Assembly (NCBI GenBank): GCA_964188305.1
Contig: OZ076901.1
Reading direction: 5' to 3' (one strand)
DNA length: 64,000 nt
Source: Podarcis bocagei
Taxonomy: Eukaryota
The stretch's first letter is position 1. Each line of letters opens with the position of its first letter. Below the pieces are notes generated by a model that saw only the letters and a list, made by a program, of their open reading frames with translations, had not been told where the DNA came from and made no database searches. Of this stretch, positions 23,273-36,837 are shown in pieces. The translations under genes and the position numbers were made by a program.

Positions 23273-24995
23273 GTAAGCTTTACCAGGCAGGCTGAGTGCA
23301 GGGCTCTCTACCGGGCCCTTGGACTCTCCCCCTTGCTGCTTTGCGCTCTTAAGTGTTTTCTACCTCGCTGGAATGTGTCCTTGAACTCCGTATGCACAGC
23401 AACATCAAAACATCTGAAAGCAATTCAACTGATGCTTTTATGTTGATGCAGGTGCCCTGATGTTTTGTGAGAGGGCAGTATATAAATACTTTTATAAAAA
23501 AGATAAGATTAAATAATGTTTCCTGCTTGCCTGGACGGAGGATAGAAAGGGGTGCAGGAATGAGTATAGAAACTAGTTTACAGTACTGTATAAATTTAAA
23601 TTCACTACCCTGCCCTTTTTTTGCCTCTGACCTGTGGTTCCCAGAATATTGCCTGGAAGGGACTGTGCGTCTCTTGGCCCAAAAAAGGTTCCCAGATTGA
23701 AAAGAAGCAAAGCGTCACCAATGACCTGCTGCTTCTGATAAGCCCCGGTTTGCCCAGCTGCTTTGGAAAGAACTGTTCCTTCCCATGGTTAAGCTTTAAC
23801 TCTCAGATGCACTGGCACAGAGGAGGGTCAAGGAGTGCAGCTCTGAGAGAGTCAGCACATTGAGAGACGGGTCTCTTATCCACCAAGTGGGTTGTGCAGC
23901 TTGATAAAACAGCTCTTCAAGGTGAAATATTTTGTCAGCTAACTATAGCACAGCTGTGCAGCCAAACTCAACTTTCAGGGTTGCCAGGATAAATAGGGTC
24001 GCTCAAGGGACACGTCTGAAGCTAAGCTTTGGCAGAATTCCTCAGGATTGCCCACTGGAGGAAAAAGATGGGTGGATCTCTTACTATATGAACGGGTTTT
24101 AGGTTGCTGGCTTTGGTGAAAGCCCTCTATCAACAAGATCCAAATAAGGCTATTTGGACATGACTTTGCCCCTTCCTTCACAGCATGTAGAAGGTCCACT
24201 CTGGAAGATTTATTTGAACGTGGAATGTCCTTTACCATGAATCTTGATGGGACTGAGAGTGTGGGAGCCAAAGGGTGGGTGTGTGGAAATAGTAGTTCCC
24301 CAAATTGCCCTTATGGCGCTATAGAGCCAAAATACCCTACACTGGTGTCAGCAAGGAAGGTTTCCACATCAGAGGGCACATCTCCCAGATATTGGAAATT
24401 CTATGAATTGCCCTGAGATCTTATGATGAAGGGCAGTATATAAATCTAATAAATAAAAATACATAAACTAAAAACAAACCCTTAGACTGAAGATGGTCAA
24501 TGCAGTACTCTCCTGGTGTTGTTGGACTACAATTCCCATCCTCCTTAGTCATTGGCCATGCTGGGTTTCAGGGTCCTAACAACATCTGAAGGGCCACAGA
24601 TGTCCCCCATCGTTGCTCTAACTTGTGGCAGGATGGAAGATCTGTGTGCATACACAAATAGGCAGAGAGAGAGAAGATTCTTCTTTGCGATAGAATCCAT
24701 CTCCTAACCAGGACCGTGGCTCACTCTGCAAAAATTCCTTCTGATCCACTGAACTGTCGCCCTCCGTCCTTCCAGAATAGGGAAGGGAACCTGTGGCCCT
24801 CCAGATGTTCCACACCCATCATTCCTGACCACTGACCATGTTGGCTATGGCTGTTGGGAGTCGGATTTCAGCATCATCTGGAGGGCACCAGGTTCTCCAC
24901 CCTTTCCCTCCAGGGATGCCCCCCCTTTTTTGCCTTCAAACATTGACTTTCCTTGTGATTCTCCATGACTGACTTTCTCTCTGATGTGCCTCTAG

Positions 24996-25144
24996 GAGAA
25001 TACGCCGGTTTTGATGAGACGCAGCCAACTGCTGAGTCGGGTGGCAAAGGACAAGTCATTAGTTACCTGAAGGAGCAGTTTCAGTTTAAGAAGGTGGTGA
25101 TGATTGGAGACGGAGCAACAGATATGGAAGCCTGCCCACCTGCA
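24996..25144 (+). CDS. PSPH: PSPH coding exon 4 (149 nt)
   Basis: EYAGFDETQPTAESGGKGQVISYLKEQFQFKKVVMIGDGATDMEACPPA; GDGATD motif. Confidence 0.96.
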
Positions 25145-26889
25145 GTGAGTAGTGACTGTGGGGTGATGGCATTTGCCTTCTACCCCTTCCTCCTCTCAGC
25201 CCAGGGCTGCTTACTTGGGTTCTCCCAGCTATTCTGTGGGGTAGGTTAAGCAGAGAAAAAGGGACAGAGAGGCTGTCAAAAGAAAGACCACAGCTTAGTC
25301 ATCGAGCACCAGCTTTGCATGCAGAAGGTGCTCCCAGGTTCAATCCCAAGGAATGTCTCCAGTCTGAAACCTTGGAGAGCTGCCACCAGTCTGCTCTCTA
25401 GTAGTCTGACTCAGTAAAAGGCAGCTAATGTTCCTTTGTTCAAAGGATACCCTGTGAATGATGCTGTTGGATATGGATTTGAAGCCAGGACTCCAAATTC
25501 AACAGCTTAGCCAATAGTGAATGGACCTCACTGGCTCATAGGAGTTAGCTCAGAGTTGACTTCTGTATGGTTGATTCTTTCTGGCATCAGAATTCCCAGA
25601 ATTTGTGCAGATCCACAAGGTTACCTTTCTGCAACCACAAGAAGGCCACCCAACCTAGCCCCTGCTGGGAGGCAGAATCACCCACCCCACCTGCCCAACC
25701 AATCTACTTTGTGATTCAAATTTCAAGCAACGTAGACGAGTCACATAGTGCAACATTGCAAGGCACCCACTCTACAGTTGCAGCCAGCCTGCCCTAGGGA
25801 ACAGGATCCTGAACTGGATGGGCCTTTGGTCTGATCTAAGCTACAGAGCTGTTCTGATGTCCTTGTGATAAGAGCTCCTACGACAACCAGTCAGACCCTA
25901 AGCCTAAGCAAAACCAATCTGTCACATGTTCCTAAAGAAAAAGGGCACCTCTCCACTCCCCCAGCATCTGGTTGCTGGATGTGGCAACCCTAAAAGAAGC
26001 AAGGGGAGAGCAGGTAAAAAATCAGGAGCGTTAAAACCCCCCACAAAAGTCTGCATGTCTTCCATAAGAACCAGACAGACGCTTGCTCCAGGTTAATGAT
26101 TTCAGCTGCCTGTTAATGATTGTTTTGGAATCTACCAGGGGAGGCAAATCAGATCCAAATTAATAGGTCAAGGCAGGCAGCCAATGCATCAAGAACTGGC
26201 ATCAAGGAGCACGACCATGGCTGTTGCCCTGTGTTGCAAAGGCGTTTTCCAGCAAAAACCTATTCATCACATCACATGATTGATTGATTAAAAAAAAAAA
26301 GGAGGGTGATACTGTTGGCAGCAGCTTCTGATTCAGATTATGCTGAGCCAGGAAAAGGTCACTTACCAAACCCAGCCAGGTTTTTGCAAGGATTTGCAGG
26401 GAGTCTGCTTGGTTGTTAATAAGATGAAGTAGCTGATTATTTGGTTCTCTCTGAATAGTCCAGCTGGGGCTGATGGGAGTTGTAGTCCAAAAGCTCTGGA
26501 GGGCCCCAGGTTGGGGAAGGTTGGGCTAGTCCACACTCCCCCACACTCCCCATCTGCCCTTACCCATTGATGCCTAAGCAGCTGCCTGCGTCTGTTCTGC
26601 TTCCCCCAGGGTCTGACTTCATCTCATGTACTGCCAGGGGATGGAGGATGCCTATCCACTCCATCTCGCATCCACTTTCATTCTTGACAAGAAATCCTAG
26701 AATAGCAGAGTTGGAAGGGACCCTGAGGGTTATCTGTTCCAATGCCCTGCAATGCAGGAATCTCAACTGAAGCATCCATGACAGATGACCATCTAACCTC
26801 TCCAATGGAGGAGAAATCCTGAAAGTCCTCTGCATTTTCTGAAATGGAGACATAACCAGCCCATCTCTTCTTTTTTTATGTTTCCCCAG

Positions 26890-27000
26890 GACTGTTTCAT
26901 TGGCTTTGGAGGCAATGTTGTGCGGAAACAGGTCAAGGAGAAAGCCAAGTGGTACATCACCCATTTTGACGAACTGCTGAAAGAACTAGAGGAACGATAA
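26890..27000 (+). CDS. PSPH: PSPH last coding exon (111 nt including TAA); total CDS 681 nt, 226 aa
   Basis: DCFIGFGGNVVRKQVKEKAKWYITHFDELLKELEER*; ATTAAA ~27058 and AATAAA ~27545 downstream. Confidence 0.96.
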   Translation, partial: DCFIGFGGNVVRKQVKEKAKWYITHFDELLKELEER

Positions 27001-27686
27001 ATTATGAACTAGGCTTATTTTATTAACACGTATTGTAGCTAGATGTATAACTATGCAATTAAACATATTCTTATTGTTGTTTGCAAACAGAGGCATTTGG
27101 GATTTTTAAGTTCTGGCTACACAGTGCACCTCTACTACATGTCGGGTTTTCCAGTGGCAAATGGCTCTGTTCCATGCACCTTGGTAAACTCATAGCAAAG
27201 GGAAAGGAAGGGAAGGGTGATCCGGATGTGACCAGAGGTTATCTATGGCCTTCCAGGTGTTGCTGGACTCCAGTTGCCATCATTCCTGATCATTGGCCAA
27301 ACTGGCTGCTGGAGCTGATGGGAGTTGGAGTCCAGTAATATCTGAGGGGGGCTTCCACAAATGACAGCAATGGTTTCTTTCTAAGAACAGAATGTTTGGG
27401 ACCCAAATGTCCCAAGAACAACTCCATCTTACTACTTTACTTCATAAAACATATATACCACTTGATTGTCAGAAAAGACCTCAAAGCCTAGTCTCTTAAT
27501 CCAAGAAGGTTGGTTCTGTAGCTACACAATGAGAGGGAATGGAAATAAATTGGATTCTGTTTACATTTAAATTTAGAAGTACCAAATTCACACTTTCTTA
27601 AGCAATGCATGTACCAAAACATAACCAACCTTCGAGATTTTGCAATGCAGTTTGCCAGCAAAGTAACATGTACAAAAATTCATATA

Positions 27687-28040
27687 CAGTGGTGCCTCGC
27701 AAGATGAAAATAATCCGTTCTGCGAGTCTCTTCATCTAGCGGTTTTTTCGTCTTGCGAAGCAACCCTATTAGCGGATTAGCGCTATTAGCGGTTTAGCGG
27801 CTATTAAAGGCTTAGCGGCTATTAAAGGCTTAGCGGATTAGCGGCTAAAAGGCTATTAGCGGCTTAGCGGCTTAGAAAAGGGGGGGGAGCGAAAAAAAAT
27901 CGGAACACTCCCAAGACGTTTTCGTCTTGCGAAGCAAGACCATAGGGAAATTCGTCTTGCGAAGCAGCTCAAAAACGGAAAACCCTTTCGTCTAGCGGGT
28001 TTTCTGTCTTGCGAGGCATTCGTCTTGCGGGGCACCACTG
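27687..28040. mobile_element. Tigger-like MITE with internal ATTAGCGG minisatellite
   Basis: TIRs CAGTGGTGCC.CGCAAGA; TA TSD; same family as 33611-33921. Confidence 0.85.
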
Positions 28041-29533
28041 TACTAGACTAGACCAAAACAAAACAAAACATTGAAAGCAACATAAATAAAATTTGTTACC
28101 TCCCCAGAGTTAAAACACAGGTTTTCAAAATGGAGCAGTTATCTAAAGCGCCTGTGTTTAGACCCCTCACAAATTCACTCCATAAGTGGTAACCTTGGAT
28201 TGCTGTGCTGAGCTTCTCACCACAAAATTTAGGTATCCCCTAGCCTGCTCCATTAACCCCTAGGTGCTACTGCCCAAACATACCATCTCCTAGGACCGGG
28301 AGCCCTTCTTTCCCTCATCTAGCCTCCATGTTGCCCAACAACCCCTCGGTTGGGGGATGGGGGAAACACAGCATACATTATAAGTTCCTTTCTAGGACCT
28401 CTTCTGACTTGATAAAAGGCAGCTATAGATGTTCATTCACACACATCATATTGGATGAGCCCAATGCCCATTGGTAGAGCAGGGTGGAAGAGTGCAGAAA
28501 TCTAAGTTTAGAGTGATGTGTACAGATTCCCCTACAGTCTATTCCTCAGGAAATCTGATAATTTGCTGCTGAACTTTGAAAAATAAAAAGACCCAACTTT
28601 TCTAGTAGAGAACAGCAATTTTCCAATTATGGTTTCAGGGGCTGCACCCCTCAACACAAACAAGTATTTGGCAACGATATTCTCAGAGATATCCAAATCA
28701 GTGCACTTTGGAATGGTTCATTCCACCATCTTGAATCAAAATGCCATCCAACAGTTTCTAAGCAGAGATGAAAACCAGCTCCTCCATATCAGGAGGTGAT
28801 GTGCAAATTGGGCAGTGAAATCTCAAGAGGCGTCCAAATGCATACAGAACTAGCAGAAAGACAAACAGCTTTCCAAAACAGAGAGCAGAAGAAAAAACTA
28901 TTGTAATCCAATAGTGTACAATAGTGGGTTAAGCAAGTTCATAGCCCAGCCCATGAAGGGCTTGAGAGGTCACTGACTGCAAGGCACAAACTCTTGAAAA
29001 AAACTTCAGTTTTTTACAATCCACTCCCAAACCTTTCTTGCATTTCTACCCCTTGCTCTTCACCAACAATATTTGAGCAACAATCACACACACACAAGCA
29101 ATACATATGCAGCAGCCTAAATCCTTAGGGACCAATCACATCTACAGGTCCCAGAAGAATTCCTAAAGAGAGTGGTGGCAGCAGTGACTTGGGTGGGGAG
29201 AGAGGAAACTCTCCCAGGGAACCGTCTCTTGCTGAACTCAAGGGCTCAAGGCAGAAACAATAGGCGTATTGTGCCAGAGCCAGGGAGCTCAGGACGTGCC
29301 AGGATTACTGTTCAAGGGAATGTGAAAAGAGGCTCTCGTTCACTCTTGCTCTTTTGTTTCCACACAAGTACCGCAGATGAATTTTAGCTAACAATTTCAA
29401 TCAAAGCTCAACCCCAGAACCTGTTCTAAATGTTGGGGCTCAGTCCCAGAAGAAATCAAGTAGAAAAGCTAATTAAGAAAGCTGTTACCAAGCTACCCTG
29501 CTTCACTGCCCCCCTGAGTGTAGTCCCGTAGCT

Positions 29534-29553
29534 AATAATAATAATAATAATAA

Positions 29554-29613
<60 letters not shown>

Positions 29614-29830
29614 CCAGCTGACTGGGTTGCCCTAGCAATTCCAGGCAGCTTCCAGCAAATTATAAAACTTACCGTGGTTTTATTACATTTAAAAATTCAC
29701 TATACAGGACTGCCTTCAGATGTCTTATAAAAGTCAGATTGTAGTTTATTTCCTTGACATGATGTGAGGGCGCCACTACTGAGAAGGTCCTCTGCCTGGT
29801 TCCCTGTAACCTCACTTCTCACAGTGGAAC
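29534..29830 (-). mobile_element. L2 LINE 3' end with (TAA)n tail
   Basis: Similar to the 56340-57305 copy (ctgccttcagatgtc, ccctgtaacctcacttctc). Confidence 0.75.
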
Positions 29831-30322
29831 TTAGTAAGCTGCCTGACCAAAGCAGGTCATTGGATCACAGAGGTCTCCATTATCTCCATCACCAAGGAGA
29901 AGCCGCAGCCCTCCAGAGAGAACGAAAGCACCTTCCTGAAGGGTGGTCAAGACTCAAAGGTCCTTAGTGGGAAAATCGCAGTCCCCTGAGCTAAATGTGT
30001 CTGGACAGGGTGATGGACTAGCTGGAACTTTGAATCCAATTTACGATAGCCATCTTCAACTATCTAAAGGGCTGCCACATGGAAGATGAAGCAAGCTTGT
30101 TTTCCGCTGCTGCAAAAGGTAGGGTCCAAACCAATGGGTTCAAGTTGCAATAAAAAAGATTCCAGCTAAACATCAGGAATTTTTGGACAGCAAGAGCTGT
30201 TCTACAGCAGAACAGACTCTCCCTCACTGGAGGCTTTTAAGCAGAGGTTGGCTGGCCATCTGTCATGGATGCTTTAGCTGAGATTCCTTCATTGCAGGGG
30301 GTTGAACTACATGACCCTCAGG

Positions 30323-30636
30323 CAGTGGCGTAGCGTGGGTTGCCAATGCCTGGAGCAAGGCAAATATTATGCCACCAATCCATGGTTCCTGTCAGGACCG
30401 GGTGGCAGCAGCGTTGGTTGTGGGAAAGGGTCTTCCTTGCAGGGAGAGGGAAGCTGGGGAGGGGATAGCAGTGGCAGCCATTTATTTTATTACGTGTTAT
30501 TTATTTCATGAAATTGTACACCGCTTGTTAAAAAACAAACAAACCTCCAGTTGATTTTTCTTCTGAAATTTTATACCCCATCCCAATTTTGCTCCTGGGG
30601 CAACAGCCCCTCTGCCCCTTCCGTGCTATGCCACTG
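30323..30636. mobile_element. hAT-type element inserted into a CR1 3' fragment (~30040-30675)
   Basis: TIRs CAGTGGCGTAGC/GCTATGCCACTG; perfect 8-bp TSD CCCTCAGG; CR1 tail resumes after the element. Confidence 0.8.
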
Positions 30637-31821
30637 CCCTCAGGATCCCATACAGCTCTACAATTCTATGATTCAAATCATAAGAGCTTCTAATCTCCTG
30701 ATTCAGGAAGGCAATTCATATCTTCCTCTTCTGCTTGACCCTCACATCCAATGAACATTGTGATCCCTTTGGAACCTCAAAACCAGAGGTAGCTTCAGGT
30801 CAGAGTGTGTGTTTGAGATCTAGTTAATCAGTTCCACCCAGCTTAAAACAGGGCAGTTGTTTTTTTAAGAAAGTCCATGCACATATTTGGCAGCTGCTGC
30901 TTTTGTGCCTCCTGCTGTTCTGAGAATTGTTTTGCCAAAACTCACAATGTTGCGTTTGTGAACATATCCCTACTATGCAAGGAAAACAGCATCAGTGTTT
31001 ACACAAATCTGGTGGCCACTTTTCTTTATAGCCTCTAGGATTGCATCAGCTTTTTGTAAGCAGTATCTTACAGCTTCAGATGCATGAACAGTGCAAGGGT
31101 TGGAGATTATACATGCATAGGTATATATTAAGACAACACTGAGCATTTATAGCACGTTCAAAGTGCTCAGTGCTTCATGTGCACTTAGTATCTTAGTAAT
31201 TGTTGCAATAGCCCTGCAAGATAGGCCAGTGTTGTTATCCCACCCAACATGCTGGTCAGAGAGAAGTCCCAAACCACAGTTAGTATACCATCCACTTTGT
31301 GACTGCCCCCTGTGCCCCATGCCAGCCATTTTATGATGGTACCCATGATACTTGCTAAAAATTTCAAATAGGCCCATGGGCCCCCTAAAATTGCTGACCT
31401 TGCTCTCCTGTATGTACTCAGAAGGAACTCCTACTAAATTCAGTGGGGCTTTCTCCAAGGTAAATCATAGAATCATAGAGTTGGAATAGACCACAAGGGC
31501 CATCGAGTCCAACCCTCTGCCAAGCAGGAAACACCATCAGAGCACTCCTGACATATGGTTGTCAAGCAAATGGGGTGAGGATGCCAGCCATGGCTGCTCT
31601 TTTGCAGAGAGAAACTTACTTAAATTTTGTGTGCCTGGACAAACACACATCCTGGTGACACATTAAGGAAGCTTATTTGTTTTCTCGGTTCATCCTCCTC
31701 ATGCTTACAGTCCAAGATGGACAACAGAGAAAGATGAGGGATGTGGATGAAACACTGGCAAGTACTGCTGAGATGCAGTGCCTGAAGTGACTATTGAGTT
31801 GCTGGCAAATGGAAGGTCACC

Positions 31822-32253
31822 TGTCAGGGAACTGACATCGGAGCTAGAGGCGGAGGGAAGGCTCTCAAATGATGCTGGAGAAGGGCCCAGCAGGGAGAGA
31901 GGCAGCTCCGCAGATGGGGAAGCAAATCAGCGCAACACCAGGGATATAGAGGGGCTGATGGGGGAATCGGCGAGAGGGCTCCAGGACTCTTCACCGGACA
32001 CCAGCGGGGAGAGCACGGGTCCTCCGCTACCCACGCCCACCCTGCGCAGAAGACTTCCGCGCAGAGAGAGTAGGAGGAGACTGGGTGTCAAACAACTTTT
32101 ATGTTGGAAAAGATTTAAGAAATGCCCACTGACGGATTCTGCTAGCGACTGAGGCAGCCACGAAGTGAAGGGCTGCCCAGACTGAAAGGTTTAGCAAGGC
32201 AACAAAGCCTGGAGAGGCGGCAACTTACGCACGAGCAACCCATACACATTACA
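31822..32253 (+). mobile_element. Solo-LTR-like element, copy 1 (TG...CA, 5-bp TSD TCACC), carrying a 109-codon open frame
   Basis: TGTCAGGGAACTG...CATTACA, with TCACC at 31817-31821 and 32254-32258; homologous to 42338-42772. Confidence 0.85.
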
Positions 32254-33610
32254 TCACCCCACCAAACATTACACATACTTAAGGATTGTTTAGGGTCGAT
32301 GATGAGAATCTAGGGTAAACCAAGACACTCGGGCCTTTGAGGAGGGTTTTGCAAGATAGGAGATGGAACCAAGTGAATTTTCACTGCGGGAGAATGGACA
32401 GTCTTCATCTACACAGCCTGCAAGGCCTCCACTGAAATGCCTTTTAGGACACATATGACTCCAATTTTCCCAACAGCAAATGTGCAAACAAGGCTGCAAA
32501 AGGTCTGTGAGAAATCTGTGAAGTTAGCTTATCTGAACCATCATTATATATCTGATCTGATAATGAAGTTATCCCTCAGGAAGAGGGAGACTTGAAAGTT
32601 CACAGGGGTCACATGGGAAAATTCCACAATTGACAAATAGAACAAGCAAACACAGGACCATCAGGGTCAGTGCAAAATGTGCTTGGGACACATTTCAGAG
32701 GTGTTGCACATGGATGGGGGTTGCTTCCTCAGATGAGGCAACTCAAAGCTTTATTTGAAGGTGGAAAATTCCCAGGAAAAAATGTATTTACAGACCTGGC
32801 TTTCAGGAAATACAAACTTCAAAGCAGTCTTTATTTTGTTGAGACAAACTGATTGGTCAGTTAGAAAAAAAATTACAGTGAAGATCCCATTTTTGAGAAG
32901 GGCAGGGAAGAGAATAGAAAAGTTTAGGAAAATTCCTTTCATTTGCTATCTGACACTAAGCAGCTGGCTGATTAGTCAATGCCACCCCAGGCCCATCAGG
33001 AGAGTCAAATTTGGATCTGAACAAACTGGATCCATAAAGGCAAATATGGACAGTAGCATGGAACTTCAACTTCCTGTGTCTGAGCAGCGAATGAGTCTTA
33101 ATTTGCACTGGAAGATTCCCACTTAACTGGAAACTTTACTGTGCAATCCTATACATGCCAACTCTGAAGAAGTAAGTTAAGAATGTAAGAAGAGCCCTGC
33201 TGGATCAGGGCAAAATTCCATGTAGTCTAGCACCCTACTCTCAGTGGCCAATGAGAAGGCTTATTCCCCCCCCCCTAAAATTCATACTCCACATAATTGT
33301 AAAAACAACCCTAAAAGTGGTTTATAAAGATAAAACAAGGAAATCAAGGAAAATTCAGATTCATACCTGCTTGATCTCAATAAGCAGGGAAAGGGAAGCC
33401 TGCAAACACAGAGTGAAATGGCAGCACTCTTCCTATTAGTGATACATTGGAGATAGAACACAGCCATAATGGCTAGTAACCATTGGTAGCCTTATCCCCC
33501 ATGGATTTTTCAAGTTGTCTCTTAAAGTATTATTTTTGAGGTGAGGTAACCAGAACTGTACACAGTATTTAAACTGTGGTCCCATCACAGATTTGTATGA
33601 CATCATGATA

Positions 33611-33921
33611 CAGTGGTGCCCCGCAAGACGAATGCCTCGCAAGACGGAAAACTCGCTAGATGAAAGAGTTTTCCGTTTTGGAGGTGCTTCGCAAAACGAA
33701 TCTCCTATGGGCTTGCTTCGCAAGACGAACATGTCTTGTGAGTTCCTGCGGGTTCCCCCCCCCTTTTTCTAAGCCGCTTATCAGCTGATCCGATAAGCCG
33801 ATAAGCTGCTAAAAGCCGCTAATAGCGCTAATCCGTCAATGGGCTTGCTTTGCAAGACGAAAAAACCGCTAGACGAAGAGAATCACAGAATGGATTCTTT
33901 TCGTCTTGCGAGGCACCACTG
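33611..33921. mobile_element. Tigger-like MITE
   Basis: TIRs CAGTGGTGCCCCGCAAGACG...CGTCTTGCGAGGCACCACTG; TA TSD. Confidence 0.85.
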
Positions 33922-34160
33922 TACTGTCTTATTTTTCTATCTCTTGGCTAATGAATTCCTAGCAACAGAATTCACCTTTTTCATAATTGCTGCACGCTCA
34001 TCTGCTTAAATGGGACTTTCTTCCAGGTAAAGGTAAACAGGACTGCAGCCTTAAAATCCCAGACTTTGTGGCCATGCAGGCCATCTCAGCAGAAACTCAG
34101 AATTCATCATTATTGAAACAAGTCCAAAAACTCCCCAAAACATGCGAAAATCAATAGGAT

Positions 34161-34166
34161 TTTATT
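34161..34166 (-). terminator. Probable NIPSNAP2 polyadenylation signal AATAAA
   Basis: tttatt on + about 1.07 kb past the stop codon, after an AT-rich 3'UTR-like stretch. Confidence 0.5.
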
Positions 34167-35235
34167 GACACATTCTGCCAGAAAACTCACTGAAATGTAT
34201 AAAGTGGATGTTTCTTAGGTAATCGGACATACAGTGTATTGCACTGATTTGTTAACTAACAGAATAATTGCTTCAACATATAGGATGTTCACAATGTTAC
34301 AGACACACACACACATACAAATCCCTCTATTTTAAAGTTTAATAAAAAATAGAGAATTGGGCATGGGAAATGAAGTGATTTGTGCCAGTCCTAAGTGATT
34401 TAATGTGCCTCATCTTGATGCATCTTTTCAGAATTACTTTCTGCAGTTATGTTAGTTAAACCACACAAATGGAGGAAATCATGAATGCTTATTAAATAAC
34501 AATAATAAAACCCTCACATTCTGTTTCACTGCATAATCCTGGAGTGCTTAACAAATGTTAATGACACTAACTCTTCTTTAGAGCTCATCCCAAAGCCATT
34601 TATAACCCTTCACCAACCAGATGCCCTCCCAGCTGTTCTGGACTACAACTGCCATCAGCCTCAGCCAGCATGTGTTTACTGGGGCTGATGGGATCTGTAG
34701 TCCAAAACAGCTGCAAGTTTGCAAATACTGGCTTAGCTGGTTGCTAAGATAAGTTTGGCTAGGCCAAAACAAAGGGCTGCTTTCTCTAGCAACTGTTTGT
34801 GGCACCAGAAGAAGGCCTTGTAAGCTTGACATGCCATAATGATTATGAAAGAATGGATAGGAGTGCATGTGACAAATCTCCCCATAATTAAATACTGCAT
34901 CGTTCAAGGGTTTAAAGCTCGTGCAACTACCACTGAAGCTTGTGCGTTTCCAACAGGGCCTGCCAGCTCTCTGAATGCATGGCTGTGTTTGAAAAAGGCT
35001 GTTTCACAGAGAGCCAGACTAGATGGTTGAACAGTAAGACTTATGATGACTCCCAAGCCTCTCCCCAACACAATCCCAAGTGCTCCTGCAAGATCTGAAG
35101 AAATGAGGTCACATTCATAAAGCCCCAGCATACAGTACTTTTAGAAGTCAGAGTTTCCATTGTCATACACACATATCAAATTAACTAAAAGACAAATGCT
35201 TGTCAATGTAAATCTGCACCGATCAATCAGTGGCT

Positions 35236-35300
35236 TTACTGAAGGGGAGAAATCTGCAATGGTATCATAATTCTGGATTCCATTTCCTGAATAAGGGGCA
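35236..35300 (-). CDS. NIPSNAP2: NIPSNAP2 exon 10 (last); total CDS 873 nt, 290 aa
   Basis: (V)PLIQEMESRIMIPLQISPLQ*. Confidence 0.95.
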
Positions 35301-35714
35301 CTGGAAAGGAGAAAGAAATTGTGTTAGCACTTTAAAAAAAATAAAATGCTAATGCAAGATATTACAAATGAAACATGGGGGGATTTTGTAGCCAACAAAG
35401 CATTAGACTAGGAAGCAGGACCGGTTCTAGGATTTGGGGGACCCCAGAGAAAGGGAAGCTCAATGGGGCCATCTTAACCTAGGAGAGGAAAGACAAGTCT
35501 CTCACATTAGCAGGTTTTTGGGTAACTGCAACTGCCACACAGGTACTAAACTGTTACAGCAAGGTGTTGATACTTTTTCAAGCAAAGGGTTCCATTTCCA
35601 ACTTGGCAATTTTCTGGGGGCCATATGCTTATGGTGTGTGGGCCCAAAGCCAAAAGTGGGCACAGCAACAAATATAAGTTTAATCTTTGTATAGAAAGCA
35701 ACTTTCTACATATA

Positions 35715-35980
35715 CAGTTGGAGAACAGCCTTTACCAAAGGTGTCATGGGCTTTGAAGACATTCGAACTCAGGACGCAAGGGAGAAATGTGCTAAGAGGA
35801 AGGCACGCTTGGCAAATCCACACCATGATCAACTCCTGCCCGGAAACCAATGTCCCCACTGTGGAAGGACGTGTGGATCCAGAATCGGCCTCCACAGTCA
35901 CTTACGGACTCATTTTAAAAACCGTTTTTATGGAAGACAATCTTACTCAGCTATGAGTGATTGCCAAAGAAGAAGAAGGC
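35715..35980 (+). mobile_element. RTE LINE 3' end, same family as 8943-10235
   Basis: CPHCGRTCGSRIGLHSHLRTH; (GAA)n tail. Confidence 0.8.
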
Positions 35981-36174
35981 AATTTTCTACATATACATGC
36001 CCCTCTTCACCCTCTATTCAGGCAATCAAGTGTCAAGACCACATTCCAGCCAGGCAAAAACACTCCAAGGTAGTAGGACTGGTGAGGTGTGTGACTAGGA
36101 AGGAGTGTGGCCTGGGGAGAGTTTTGAGGACTGTGTTTGGTCCTTAAGCCTGAGGATCACCACCCCCGTGTTAC

Positions 36175-36258
36175 CTGTATAGTATACCAGCTCATCCCAA
36201 CCAGGCTTGTGCCATGCAGCGTTCCTGATATCTTCTCTTGTCTGGAGATCTTTGTACG
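36175..36258 (-). CDS. NIPSNAP2: NIPSNAP2 exon 9 (84 nt)
   Basis: (A)[27 protein letters not shown]. Confidence 0.95.
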
Positions 36259-36742
36259 CTGGAAGTGTTGGGGGGGGGGAAATAATTTGGAACTATCAGT
36301 GTCTTGATGTCCATCAGCACCTTTCTCTCAAATACAGCAACATACCAGAAACAAAGCACCAGAGGGCAAACCTCCTTAAAACCCTAAACAGTTATTTACT
36401 GCCATGGCTCTATCCACCCTGCTCTAAGGAGCCTTCGAAACTGTACTGCTATGAGGAGGCAAGGGTCATATCAGTTTCACAAAATTGCTTGTCCTGTTGG
36501 AATGGAGAGCAGATTAAAAGGGAGATAGGAAGCTATCTTAATCCGAGTTAGATCAGTGGTCCACCTATGCTTAATATTTCAACACTGGGATATAATATTG
36601 TCCAGGGTTTTAGGTAGTGGGATTTCATGTTCCCTACCTGGAGTTGCTAGGGACTGAACCTGAGACCCTTTGCATACAAAACAGGTGCTCTGCCACAGAG
36701 CTACAGTCCTTCCCCAGATTTCTCAGGTCCAGGATGACCTAC

Positions 36743-36837
36743 CCCAAAGGTGATGAACCATGTAAAGCTGCCCAATCTGTGAGAAAAAGCCACCAACAGC
36801 TTCTTTGTCATCCTGCCGGAAACCAATGGCACGAGCC
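36743..36837 (-). CDS. NIPSNAP2: NIPSNAP2 exon 8 (95 nt)
   Basis: [31 protein letters not shown]. Confidence 0.95.

Noticed and set aside
31040-31048. Isolated ATTGCATCA CARE motif
   Set aside because: A single 9-mer outside any motif cluster is compatible with chance in 64 kb
28540-33130. Purine-rich exon-like stretches between PSPH and NIPSNAP2 (e.g. 29147-29390, 31710-31820, 32260-32660) as a hidden or decayed gene
   Set aside because: Multiple stops in all frames I tried and no recognisable protein similarity; tBLASTx against other reptiles would be needed before calling a pseudogene
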